Shown here: positions 1 through 8,688 of the stretch, piece after piece
Layout of the letters: every line of letters begins with the position of its first letter
Position numbering within the stretch: the stretch's first letter is position 1
NCBI GenBank assembly: GCA_002491905.1
Contig: DKWV01000044.1
Span: forward strand, 34,104-98,103
Source: Lachnospiraceae bacterium UBA7143
GTDB lineage: Bacteria > Bacillota > Clostridia > Lachnospirales > Lachnospiraceae
Length of the DNA stretch: 64,000 nt
Direction: 5' to 3'
Made by a program: the position numbers and the translations under genes
Notes under the pieces: model-generated
Database searches by the model: none
Seen by the model: only the letters and a program-made list of their open reading frames with translations
What the model was told of the DNA's origin: nothing

Positions 1-1
1 A

Positions 2-868
2 CTATACCGATACCGGCTTTGCCTCTCCCAGCTTTGCCTTGAAAAACGCGATGATCCGCTGCCAGATTTCCTCCTGGAAAAACGGCATGTCCGCATGATC
101 GGCGCCTTCCAAAACCAGAAGCTTTACATCCGCTCCCGCCGCCTCCAGCCTGTCATGCAGGATTTCTCCCTGTTCAAACGGAACCGTGTGGTCGTTGTCA
201 CCGTGTATAATCAAAAACGGGGGCGCATCCTTCGTCACAAAACTCACAGGACATATCTTAAGCGCTTCCTCCTGATTCAGCATCACATTTTTGCCAAGCA
301 GCAGGGATTCCATCGAGGCCGCCGACTCCACCGGGGAATTATACTTAAACCCTGTCACGTCTGCAGGCGGATACCAGGGGCAGGCCGCCTGAACCTTGCT
401 GGAAAACTCCGTAAACGCGCCCACGTCAAATGCCGGATCGTCCGCCAGCGCCGCCATAGCCGCCAGATAACCGCCAGCCGACTCTCCCATCACGCCAAAC
501 CGTTCCGTATCAATGTTGTAGCGGTCACTGAGCGCCCGCAGATAACGGATCCCCGCTTTCACGTCCTGCAGCTGCATGGGAAAACATCCCTCGTTGGTGG
601 TGCGGTACTCCACACTCGCCACAACGAATCCGCTTCGGGCAAGTTCCGCCAGATAAGCCGTATGCGCGCTGCGGTCCAGCCGTATCCAGGCCCCGCCGCA
701 GATCCACACGACGCAGGGATATTTTTTCGTTCTGTCCTCGGGATAAATGATATCCATCTTCAGATCTCTTCTCGTGTGATCGTACCACGCATCCACCTGG
801 GCAAATGTCACCCCCGACACGAAGCTGTACTGCGGCGCAGTCACCTTCACTTTCAACTTTTCTCTCAT
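2..868 (-). CDS. Alpha/beta hydrolase (esterase/lipase, BD-FAE/HSL-like)
   Basis: GESAGG nucleophile elbow, CGGAW oxyanion-type motif, HGDND and C-terminal His (GADH); stop TAG at 2-4. Confidence 0.85.
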   Translation of the reverse strand: MREKLKVKVTAPQYSFVSGVTFAQVDAWYDHTRRDLKMDIIYPEDRTKKYPCVVWICGGAWIRLDRSAHTAYLAELARSGFVVASVEYRTTNEGCFPMQLQDVKAGIRYLRALSDRYNIDTERFGVMGESAGGYLAAMAALADDPAFDVGAFTEFSSKVQAACPWYPPADVTGFKYNSPVESAASMESLLLGKNVMLNQEEALKICPVSFVTKDAPPFLIIHGDNDHTVPFEQGEILHDRLEAAGADVKLLVLEGADHADMPFFQEEIWQRIIAFFKAKLGEAKPVSV

Positions 869-890
869 GACAGTTCGTCCTTCCTTCTTT

Positions 891-3098
891 CTATGTGTTA
901 CTATGTATCTTCTCCTGCGGCATCCAGTGCATCATAAGCCGCTCCAGTTTCGCTTGGTCAATGGGCTTTGCCAGAAAATCATCAAAGCCAGCCGATATAT
1001 ACTGTTCCTTTGCTCCCACGATCGCGTTTGCCGTCAGCATGATCACCGGCGTGTCCCTGCAGAGATTATCCGGCATCTCCCTCATGCGCTGCATGGTCTC
1101 CATACCGTCCATCTCCGGCATCATGTGGTCTAAGAAAATGATGTCGTAATGTTTCTGTCTGATATGATCCAGACACTCCATGCCGCTCCCCACATCCGTA
1201 ATCCTGACCTGCGTCTGTTTCAAGAGCCCGCAGAACACCCTCCTGTTCACACGGTTATCATCCACAAGAAGGATCTCGCCCTCCGGCGCCGTAAAGCTGG
1301 CCTGATAATTATGTTCTTTGGCCGCTTTTCTCGCGCGCTCCTGAAAACTGCCAATCGGCTCCGCATTCACAATGCCCTGCCGCAGCGCAAAGAAGAAGCG
1401 GGTTCCCTCTCCGTAGACACTCTCCACATGCAGATCCGTATGCATCAGTTTGAGGAGCTGCAAGGATATATTCATCCCAAGCCCCGTGCCCTCAATATTC
1501 CGGTTTTTCTCTTCGTCAATGCGCTCAAAAGCGGAGAACAGTCTCGGTATATCTTCCTGCCTGATGCCCACTCCTGTGTCACGCACCGTAAAATGCAGGA
1601 TCTCCTCATCTCCATCACGCTCCCCTGTCACCTCAAATGTGACCGTTCCCTTGCGGGTATATTTCACCGCATTCGTCAATAAATTCACAAGCACCTGGCG
1701 GATACGCAGATCGTCTCCGTAAAGCTTGGAAGGCAGATTGGAATCCACGGATACATCGAACCGCAGTCCCTTTTCCTGTGCCCGCAGGGAAAAGATATTA
1801 AACAGATCATTCAACATGCTGTTAAACTCATACTCGGCAGGCACAATCTCCATTTTGCCCGATTCAATTTTGGAAAAATCCAAAATATCATTGATGATCC
1901 CCAAAAGCGCGTGGGCGGAGGTCTTGATATCCATAGAGTACTTTTTCACATCCTCCTCGGAAGACTCCCGGAGCACCATCTCGTTCATACCGATCACCGC
2001 ATTGATCGGCGTTCTGATTTCATGGGACATTCTGGCGAGGAACTCCGACTTGGCACGGTTCGCCTTCTCCGCGTTCGCCTTGAGAAGCTGCATCTGCTCG
2101 ATCTGTTTCCGGCTCTGGGTCATATCAACGAACATAATGGAATAACCCACAAGCATCCTGTTGTTCCAGATTTTATTGGCATGTACCTCAAAGGTATGGT
2201 TGCAGCTGATATGTTCAAAATAGTTATTGGCGGCAAAGATCTCCTTCAGATTCTCCCTGCAGACCTGCTCTCCCTTTCTATAGCGTGAAAGGTTCGGAAA
2301 AAGCTCCCTCGCCTTGTCATTTGCCTCCACAAACCCACCGTCCGCATCCACGATCAGCACCGCCTCATCCATTGACTTGATAATATCTTCGTGGGCTGTA
2401 ACCGTAATATCAAACACATGGAAAAAAATGATTACGATTCCAAACGCTATGATACTCATCGCTTCGCAGGCAGGCACCGCGTCATACCCTTCTATCAGCT
2501 GAAAAATGTCGCACAAAAATCCCGGAACCGGCAGGATGCTGCAAATGCCCAGCGCAATCAGATTGATATTCCGTTTGCCCTTTCCCAGCCTTTTGTTCGC
2601 CTGCATCGTCATGATAAAACAGCCTGTCATGTGAATAAACATATGTATCAAAAAGATATAGTGAAGCGGCCCCTTTTCCAAAATCAAATGTGGAAAAAGC
2701 CCCTCCGTCACGAAAGAGACCCTTGAATAATAAATGGGCGTGTACCGGTATCCCCAGATACACAGAAGCACCAGCCCGTCCAGACAGAACATAAGCGCCT
2801 CCAGTTTCCCGGAGAGATTGTAGCCGCAGTATCTGGCGACAAAGATAAACAGAAAGGTGCTCATAAACGCACCGCCCATGAACTCCACGCGCACGGCGAT
2901 CATTGCCTCGCCGATATCTCTGGAAAGCAGTTCCAGCAGATATCCGGCGTTTTGAATTGCGCCGAAAAAGCCGACGCAGAGCATCAGCTTGGAGAGCATA
3001 GTTTCACGCTGTCTCGTCATGATAATTACGAAACAAAAGCACCCCAGAACCATGAGAATCTGGAACCCTACTAAAATACTGTACATACTTTCCCTCAT
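891..3098 (-). CDS. Hybrid sensor histidine kinase (7TM sensor, PAS, HisKA, HATPase, receiver)
   Basis: Hydrophobic N-terminus, H-box SHEIRTPIN, N-box NLLTNAVKYT, G boxes DTGVG/GTGLG, receiver VDDN...LDHMMP. Confidence 0.92.
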   Translation of the reverse strand: MRESMYSILVGFQILMVLGCFCFVIIMTRQRETMLSKLMLCVGFFGAIQNAGYLLELLSRDIGEAMIAVRVEFMGGAFMSTFLFIFVARYCGYNLSGKLEALMFCLDGLVLLCIWGYRYTPIYYSRVSFVTEGLFPHLILEKGPLHYIFLIHMFIHMTGCFIMTMQANKRLGKGKRNINLIALGICSILPVPGFLCDIFQLIEGYDAVPACEAMSIIAFGIVIIFFHVFDITVTAHEDIIKSMDEAVLIVDADGGFVEANDKARELFPNLSRYRKGEQVCRENLKEIFAANNYFEHISCNHTFEVHANKIWNNRMLVGYSIMFVDMTQSRKQIEQMQLLKANAEKANRAKSEFLARMSHEIRTPINAVIGMNEMVLRESSEEDVKKYSMDIKTSAHALLGIINDILDFSKIESGKMEIVPAEYEFNSMLNDLFNIFSLRAQEKGLRFDVSVDSNLPSKLYGDDLRIRQVLVNLLTNAVKYTRKGTVTFEVTGERDGDEEILHFTVRDTGVGIRQEDIPRLFSAFERIDEEKNRNIEGTGLGMNISLQLLKLMHTDLHVESVYGEGTRFFFALRQGIVNAEPIGSFQERARKAAKEHNYQASFTAPEGEILLVDDNRVNRRVFCGLLKQTQVRITDVGSGMECLDHIRQKHYDIIFLDHMMPEMDGMETMQRMREMPDNLCRDTPVIMLTANAIVGAKEQYISAGFDDFLAKPIDQAKLERLMMHWMPQEKIHSNT

Positions 3099-3171
3099 CC
3101 TAAATCATTGAGCAGGGGAAATCCCCCGTACAGGAAATTCCCCTACCCATGCCGCTCCCGGCCATCAGTTC

Positions 3172-3630
3172 TTACGCCATCGCGTTTGCCTGCTTATACT
3201 TATAAAGCATCTCCGCGTGGTTCTGCTCCTCAACCTGTATGTCGGCAAGAAGCTTTCTCAAGCCCGAATTGTCGCAGGAAAACACGTTGGTATTGTACTC
3301 TCCCGACACCAGCTTCTCTGTTCCGATACAGTCTGTGGCAAGGAAACAGTCATGTTCCTTATCCGCGGCGTTCGCGCCGTCCTTGTATGTGCCCTTGGGC
3401 GCATAATTCTTTCCCTGCGAATCGTTGCAGTCACATTCCGGCACATTGCCGTGAAGCGCCTGCCCGATGGACTGGTAATGCTTCTGCTCATCCTGCTGCA
3501 GCGTCCGAAACAGGCTCTGAAGCTCCGTGTCTTTTGCCTGGGAAGCATACTTTTCATACTTTGTGATACAGGACTTTTCCTGTGTCTGCAAATCCCGCAG
3601 CGCGGTTGTCTCTTTCTCCGTCAATATCAT
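3172..3630 (-). CDS. Ferritin-like/Coat F-like spore protein
   Basis: Two ExxH motifs (EQKH, EQNH); RBS AAAGGAG before ATG 3630. Confidence 0.7.
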   Translation of the reverse strand: MILTEKETTALRDLQTQEKSCITKYEKYASQAKDTELQSLFRTLQQDEQKHYQSIGQALHGNVPECDCNDSQGKNYAPKGTYKDGANAADKEHDCFLATDCIGTEKLVSGEYNTNVFSCDNSGLRKLLADIQVEEQNHAEMLYKYKQANAMA

Positions 3631-3703
3631 GGTCAACACTCCTTTCTTCTGGACGTCACAGCAGTCACGCCTAACCGTACACTCTCTGTCGTCCTCTCAT
3701 TGC

Positions 3704-3733
3704 GAGTATTGCCATTTCGACTAAAATCCATTC
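3704..3733 (-). promoter_or_regulatory. Putative SigF/SigG forespore promoter
   Basis: GAATG-N15-GGCAATACTC upstream of the coat-like gene; resembles the B. subtilis SigF/G consensus. Confidence 0.4.
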
Positions 3734-3827
3734 ACGAACACTATAGCATTTATTATACACGGTTCCATAAGGGAAGACAAGGAAATCAATGTTTCTATAT
3801 TATAAAACGACTCCCACAGCGTATCAA

Positions 3828-3859
3828 AACCCCGCAAGCTTTTGCAAACTTGCGGGGTT
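3828..3859 (-). terminator. Rho-independent terminator after the GGGtGRT gene
   Basis: AACCCCGCAAG / CTTGCGGGGTT inverted repeat with T-run on the minus strand. Confidence 0.7.
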
Positions 3860-3904
3860 CCCTTATCTCTTTCATTCTACTTTTAAAAACTTTCGACGAC
3901 TTCT

Positions 3905-4915
3905 TTAGAACTTGCCAGCCTTTGCTGCCTCCTCGATACTAACCGCAACAGCAACAGTAGCGCCTACCATCGGGTTGTTACCCATACCGATCAGACCCAT
4001 CATCTCAACGTGTGCCGGAACGGAAGAGGAACCTGCAAACTGTGCGTCAGAGTGCATACGGCCCAAAGTATCCGTGAAACCGTAGGATGCAGGACCTGCA
4101 GCCATGTTATCGGGATGCAGGGTACGGCCTGTGCCGCCGCCGGATGCTACGGAGAAATACTTCTTGCCAGCCTCTATTCTCTCTTTCTTGTATGTACCTG
4201 CTACCGGATGCTGGAATCTGGTGGGGTTGGTGGAGTTACCGGTGATGGACACATCCACGTTCTCCTTCCACATGATAGCCACGCCCTCGGGCACAGAGTT
4301 CGCGCCGTAGCAGTTTACCTTGGAGCGAAGGCCCTCAGAGTAAGGGGTCCTGCTCACTTCCTTCACCTCGTTGGTGTAGGGATCATACTCGGTCTCCACA
4401 AAGGTGAAGCCGTTGATTCTGGAAATGATCTTCGCCGCGTCCTTGCCGAGACCGTTCAGGATCACGCGCAGGGGTTTCTGACGAACCTTGTTTGCTTTCT
4501 CAGCGATACCGATTGCACCTTCCGCCGCTGCAAAGGACTCGTGGCCAGCCAGGAATGCGAAACAGTCCGTATCTTCCTCAAGGAGCATCTTTCCTAAGTT
4601 ACCATGTCCAAGACCTACTTTACGGGTATCAGCCACGGAACCGGGAATACAGAATGCCTGCAGGCCCTCACCGATCGCTGCCGCAGCGTCAGCCGCTTTC
4701 TTGCATCCTTTCTTGATTGCGATTGCCGCACCTACGGTGTAAGCCCAACATGCGTTCTCAAAACAGATGGGCTGGATCTTCTTCACCTGCTCATATACAT
4801 CCAAGCCGGCGTCTTTTGTGATTTTCTCGGCTTCTTCGATAGAAGAAATGCCATAGCTGCTCAATACGGAATTGATTTTATCAATTCTTCTCTCATATGA
4901 TTCAAATAAAGCCAT
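3905..4915 (-). CDS. GGGtGRT family protein (function unknown)
   Basis: Contains the literal family motif SGGGTGRTLHPDNMAAGPASYG. Confidence 0.9.
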   Translation of the reverse strand: MALFESYERRIDKINSVLSSYGISSIEEAEKITKDAGLDVYEQVKKIQPICFENACWAYTVGAAIAIKKGCKKAADAAAAIGEGLQAFCIPGSVADTRKVGLGHGNLGKMLLEEDTDCFAFLAGHESFAAAEGAIGIAEKANKVRQKPLRVILNGLGKDAAKIISRINGFTFVETEYDPYTNEVKEVSRTPYSEGLRSKVNCYGANSVPEGVAIMWKENVDVSITGNSTNPTRFQHPVAGTYKKERIEAGKKYFSVASGGGTGRTLHPDNMAAGPASYGFTDTLGRMHSDAQFAGSSSVPAHVEMMGLIGMGNNPMVGATVAVAVSIEEAAKAGKF

Positions 4916-4936
4916 CTTATCTTCTCCTCCTGTTTA

Positions 4937-5629
4937 TTATTCTACTCTGGGATCAATGATCTTAACAGCGTCATCCACACGGCCGTACTGACCGCAAGCC
5001 TTCTCATACGCTGTATTCGGGTCGTCGCCCTTCTTGATGAAGTCGGTCATCTTGCCAAGGCTTACGAACTTGTAACCGATGATCTCATCGTTCGCATCCA
5101 GAGCGATCCCCGTCACATAACCCTCAGCCATCTCGAGATAACGGGGGCCTTTCTTGAGCGTACCGTACATGGTACCTACCTGGCTTCTCAAGCCTTTGCC
5201 CAGATCCTCAAGACCTGCGCCTACCGGAAGGCCATCCTCGGAGAATGCAGACTGTGTACGGCCGTACACGATCTGTAAGAACAGCTCTCTCATAGCCGTG
5301 TTGATGGCATCGCACACCAGATCCGTGTTGAGCGCCTCCATAACCGTAAGACCCGGTAAAATCTCGGAAGCCATAGCTGCGGAATGGGTCATGCCGGAAC
5401 ATCCGATTGTCTCCACAAGCGCCTCCTGAATAATGCCCTCCTTTACGTTCAGGGTCAGCTTACAAGCGCCCTGCTGAGGAGCACACCAGCCTACGCCGTG
5501 CGTCAGGCCGGAAATGTCCTTCACTTCCTTCGCCTGCACCCACTTTGCTTCCTCGGGGATAGGAGCACAGCCATGATGAACGCCCTGTGCCACTGTACAC
5601 ATTTCTTCCACTTCTTTTGAATAGATCAT
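4937..5629 (-). CDS. IscU/NifU-like Fe-S scaffold-fold protein, partner of GGGtGRT
   Basis: Cys spacing GWCAPQQGAC...GCSGMTHSAAMASE...LVCDA resembles the NifU N-terminal domain; directly upstream of GGGtGRT. Confidence 0.75.
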   Translation of the reverse strand: MIYSKEVEEMCTVAQGVHHGCAPIPEEAKWVQAKEVKDISGLTHGVGWCAPQQGACKLTLNVKEGIIQEALVETIGCSGMTHSAAMASEILPGLTVMEALNTDLVCDAINTAMRELFLQIVYGRTQSAFSEDGLPVGAGLEDLGKGLRSQVGTMYGTLKKGPRYLEMAEGYVTGIALDANDEIIGYKFVSLGKMTDFIKKGDDPNTAYEKACGQYGRVDDAVKIIDPRVE

Positions 5630-5749
5630 GTGATAACTCCTTTCGATTATGTATTAATTATTTGATAACAGGCCAAAACGCCTGTCATAACCGCCAGTCC
5701 CATTGTCTCATATCAGGAGGAAAAAATCCAGATGTTTGTCAATTTTTTT

Positions 5750-7948
5750 CTACCCCATGAAGTACTCCGATATATCAAAGCTGTTTAACAGGGCAAGGCC
5801 GTTCTCCTCCCTGCACTCCAGCCAGCTTGCGCTGCATCTGGTCCAGCTTCTTAAGGAGTAGTTAAACAGCTCCTCCGTGCAGCGGCAGTGCGGATCGTTT
5901 TTGTCGAGACCACACAGAATGCAGTTCTCGCAGGGCGTATCCCTGTTCTGCAGCGCCTTGTAGCAGGTATCGCCGATCTTCACATCCGGCGATTCCACAA
6001 GTACCTTTTTGTTGATAAAGCTGATCTCATGATTATCCGGGTTCACCACATAGACAAAGCTGTCCATATTGTCAAAGATAGCAACCTGCGCCACAAAATT
6101 CTGCAGTCTGTCCATCAGGCCGATCTGGAGAATGTGAGCCTCCATCAGCCGGAACAGGGAACGGACCTCCTCCATCTCACTCTTTGACAGCTCCATCTGC
6201 ACATCCTCGTGGTTCTCAAACACGATGGCGCCCTGAAACTCTCCCTGCGAAGTCAGCGGATAATAAAGCATACTCTTAATGCCCTCCGCCCGGAAATATT
6301 CACGCATCTCCTCCGCCGTCAGGTCATAATCGTGAATCATGGCCACGCCGGGGAAGAAGGAGTAGAGGATCTCATTCACCATCCGTTTCAGCTCGTAGTG
6401 CTCATCCGCCTCCTTGCCTGTCGCATACTTTTTTACAGTAAACTGTATAGACCGGGAAATGGGCAGCGAATCGTTTCCGCAGATATAGCCTCTGTGGAAC
6501 TGGTACTTCGCCGTCATCAGCTCTATAGAGGAGCGCAGGGCGGATTCCAGCACTCTGTCCTCAAACAGGATCTGCATCACCTGATCCTCAATATTCCTGT
6601 CATAATCTATCGTCTTCGTCATATCATAGCCGACTTTTCTGTTGGCATGATAAACCGTTGTAGAAGCCGCGTGATAGACACGGTATCCGTCCTTGCCGTT
6701 GGCCTTGACCGTATACACTGCCCTGTCGGCCTTCTCAAAAAGCTCCTCGTAGGTTTTGCCGTGATAGGGATATACAGCCACGCCCACGCTGCAGGTCACG
6801 CGAATCGGCTGACCCTCGAAATCGAGATCGTACCTTACCTGTTTCACGATATTTCCCGCCATCTCATCCGCGTCGGAAATCGTTGACAGGTTTCTCATAT
6901 AAACCATAAACTCATCACCGCCGATACGGCCGATGACGTCGCCGCCTTTGAACATCTCCTTTAAGATCTCGGCAGTCTTTTCCAGAAGCTGGTCGCCGTT
7001 AGCGTGGCCAAGAAGATCGTTGGCCTCCTTAAAATTATCCAGGTCAATAATCATCAGCGCACTCAGCGCATTTTCATTGCTGTCGGCAATGGCATTATGG
7101 ATCAGCTGCTCGGTTGCGCCCTGATTGTAAATGCCCGTCAGCGCATCCTTCTCCGCCCGCAGCAGCAGTTCCATCTCCTTCAGCTTCCTGTCATTGATGT
7201 TAATCATACGGCCCACAATACGGGTCACATAGCCCTCCGCCCCAAGCAGGGAAGTCAGATTCGCCTGATACCATGTAAAATCTTTATCAAACCGCTTAAT
7301 CCGAAATTCGATAGTATCGTGCTTGGGAGATTTTAACAGGCTCTCCAGAACCGCCTTGTAATAAGCCACATCCTCCTTGTAGATCGTTGCGGAATTAAAC
7401 CGCTCCATATATCTGCTGTGGATCTCATCCTGCGCCATGCCATATTCATCGTTTGTCCTTATGATCATAACATCCGTCTTGGCGTTGTAGTCAATAATCT
7501 TCTCACCCTCTGCCTCTGACAGGATATGCAGACGCTCCGCCTGTCTCTGCAGTTCCTCCTCCACGCTCTTTCTCTCGGTCACATCCTCGATCACCGAAAC
7601 AATCGTATATTTTCTTCCGTCTCTTGCGTAAAGATTCCCCCGGACATGCAGCCAGCGCAGACCGCCGCTGCCCGTAACAGTACGGAACTCGGTATCCACC
7701 ACGCCGTCATCCTTAAGCACATCCCGTATGGCCTGCCTGAAAGTCGGAATATCATCCGGGATAATACTGAGTTCCACCTTCTCAAGGAATTTCATACCCT
7801 GCACTCTGGAATAACCGAGCATACGGAAAAAACCTTCGTTGATGAAGATCGGGGTCATTTCCCCATCCTCATATTCGAAAAAACAGATTCCCGCTATGAT
7901 ATTGTCGATCATAGAGCCAAAGTTTTCAATACTTAAATCAATCGCCAT
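5750..7948 (-). CDS. PAS-domain diguanylate cyclase
   Basis: Intact RIGGDEF, DLDNFK.ND..GH, PAS/PAC-like N-terminus, extra C-terminal GAF/PAS-like region. Confidence 0.88.
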   Translation of the reverse strand: MAIDLSIENFGSMIDNIIAGICFFEYEDGEMTPIFINEGFFRMLGYSRVQGMKFLEKVELSIIPDDIPTFRQAIRDVLKDDGVVDTEFRTVTGSGGLRWLHVRGNLYARDGRKYTIVSVIEDVTERKSVEEELQRQAERLHILSEAEGEKIIDYNAKTDVMIIRTNDEYGMAQDEIHSRYMERFNSATIYKEDVAYYKAVLESLLKSPKHDTIEFRIKRFDKDFTWYQANLTSLLGAEGYVTRIVGRMININDRKLKEMELLLRAEKDALTGIYNQGATEQLIHNAIADSNENALSALMIIDLDNFKEANDLLGHANGDQLLEKTAEILKEMFKGGDVIGRIGGDEFMVYMRNLSTISDADEMAGNIVKQVRYDLDFEGQPIRVTCSVGVAVYPYHGKTYEELFEKADRAVYTVKANGKDGYRVYHAASTTVYHANRKVGYDMTKTIDYDRNIEDQVMQILFEDRVLESALRSSIELMTAKYQFHRGYICGNDSLPISRSIQFTVKKYATGKEADEHYELKRMVNEILYSFFPGVAMIHDYDLTAEEMREYFRAEGIKSMLYYPLTSQGEFQGAIVFENHEDVQMELSKSEMEEVRSLFRLMEAHILQIGLMDRLQNFVAQVAIFDNMDSFVYVVNPDNHEISFINKKVLVESPDVKIGDTCYKALQNRDTPCENCILCGLDKNDPHCRCTEELFNYSLRSWTRCSASWLECREENGLALLNSFDISEYFMG

Positions 7949-8004
7949 ACGCTCATCCCCAACACACTTTTTCTCTTCCTGTTATGTCGCTTTTTAAGCT
8001 CCGG

Positions 8005-8682
8005 TTACTGCCGCTTTCCCGCTATCTCACCCTGCCGCTTATAAATACTGTCCGCAGGAACCAGCCCTCTCACCATAGACGTCGGATAAATATTCGTGTT
8101 TTTACCGATCACGGTACCGGGATTCAGAACGGAGTTACAGCCCACTTCCACCTGATCCCCAAGCATGGCGCCGAATTTTTTCAGTCCCGTCTCGAAAGTT
8201 TCCTCCCCGGCCTTCACCACCACCAGCGTCTTATCGCTCTTTACGTTGGAGGTAATGGAGCCGGCCCCCATATGGGCTTTATAGCCAAGGATACTGTCCC
8301 CCACGTAATTGTAATGGGGCACCTGCACCTTATTAAAGAGAATCACGTTCTTTAACTCCGTAGAATTACCGACAACCGCGCCCTTTCCCACAATGGCGCT
8401 GCCCCTGATAAACGCGCAGTGACGAATCTCCGCTTCCTCATCAATGATGGCCGGGCCGCCGATATAAGCGCTGGGAAACACTTTCGCGTTCCTTGCGATC
8501 CAGATATTGCCCTCTCTTCTCTCGTATTTTTCCTCCGGGAGTGTCTCGCCCAGGGAAATGATAAACTCCTTAATTTTGGGAAGCACCTCCCAGGGATAGA
8601 TGCATCCCTCAAACACTTCCTTTGCGATCGTCTCCTCCAGCGTATAGAGAGCCTCGATCGTCGCATTCTGTAATCCGATCAT
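8005..8682 (-). CDS. Left-handed beta-helix acyltransferase (GlmU C-terminal-like)
   Basis: Hexapeptide repeats; HYNYVGDSILG and GAGSITSN motifs as in the GlmU acetyltransferase domain. Confidence 0.8.
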   Translation of the reverse strand: MIGLQNATIEALYTLEETIAKEVFEGCIYPWEVLPKIKEFIISLGETLPEEKYERREGNIWIARNAKVFPSAYIGGPAIIDEEAEIRHCAFIRGSAIVGKGAVVGNSTELKNVILFNKVQVPHYNYVGDSILGYKAHMGAGSITSNVKSDKTLVVVKAGEETFETGLKKFGAMLGDQVEVGCNSVLNPGTVIGKNTNIYPTSMVRGLVPADSIYKRQGEIAGKRQ

Positions 8683-8688
8683 ACTGTT

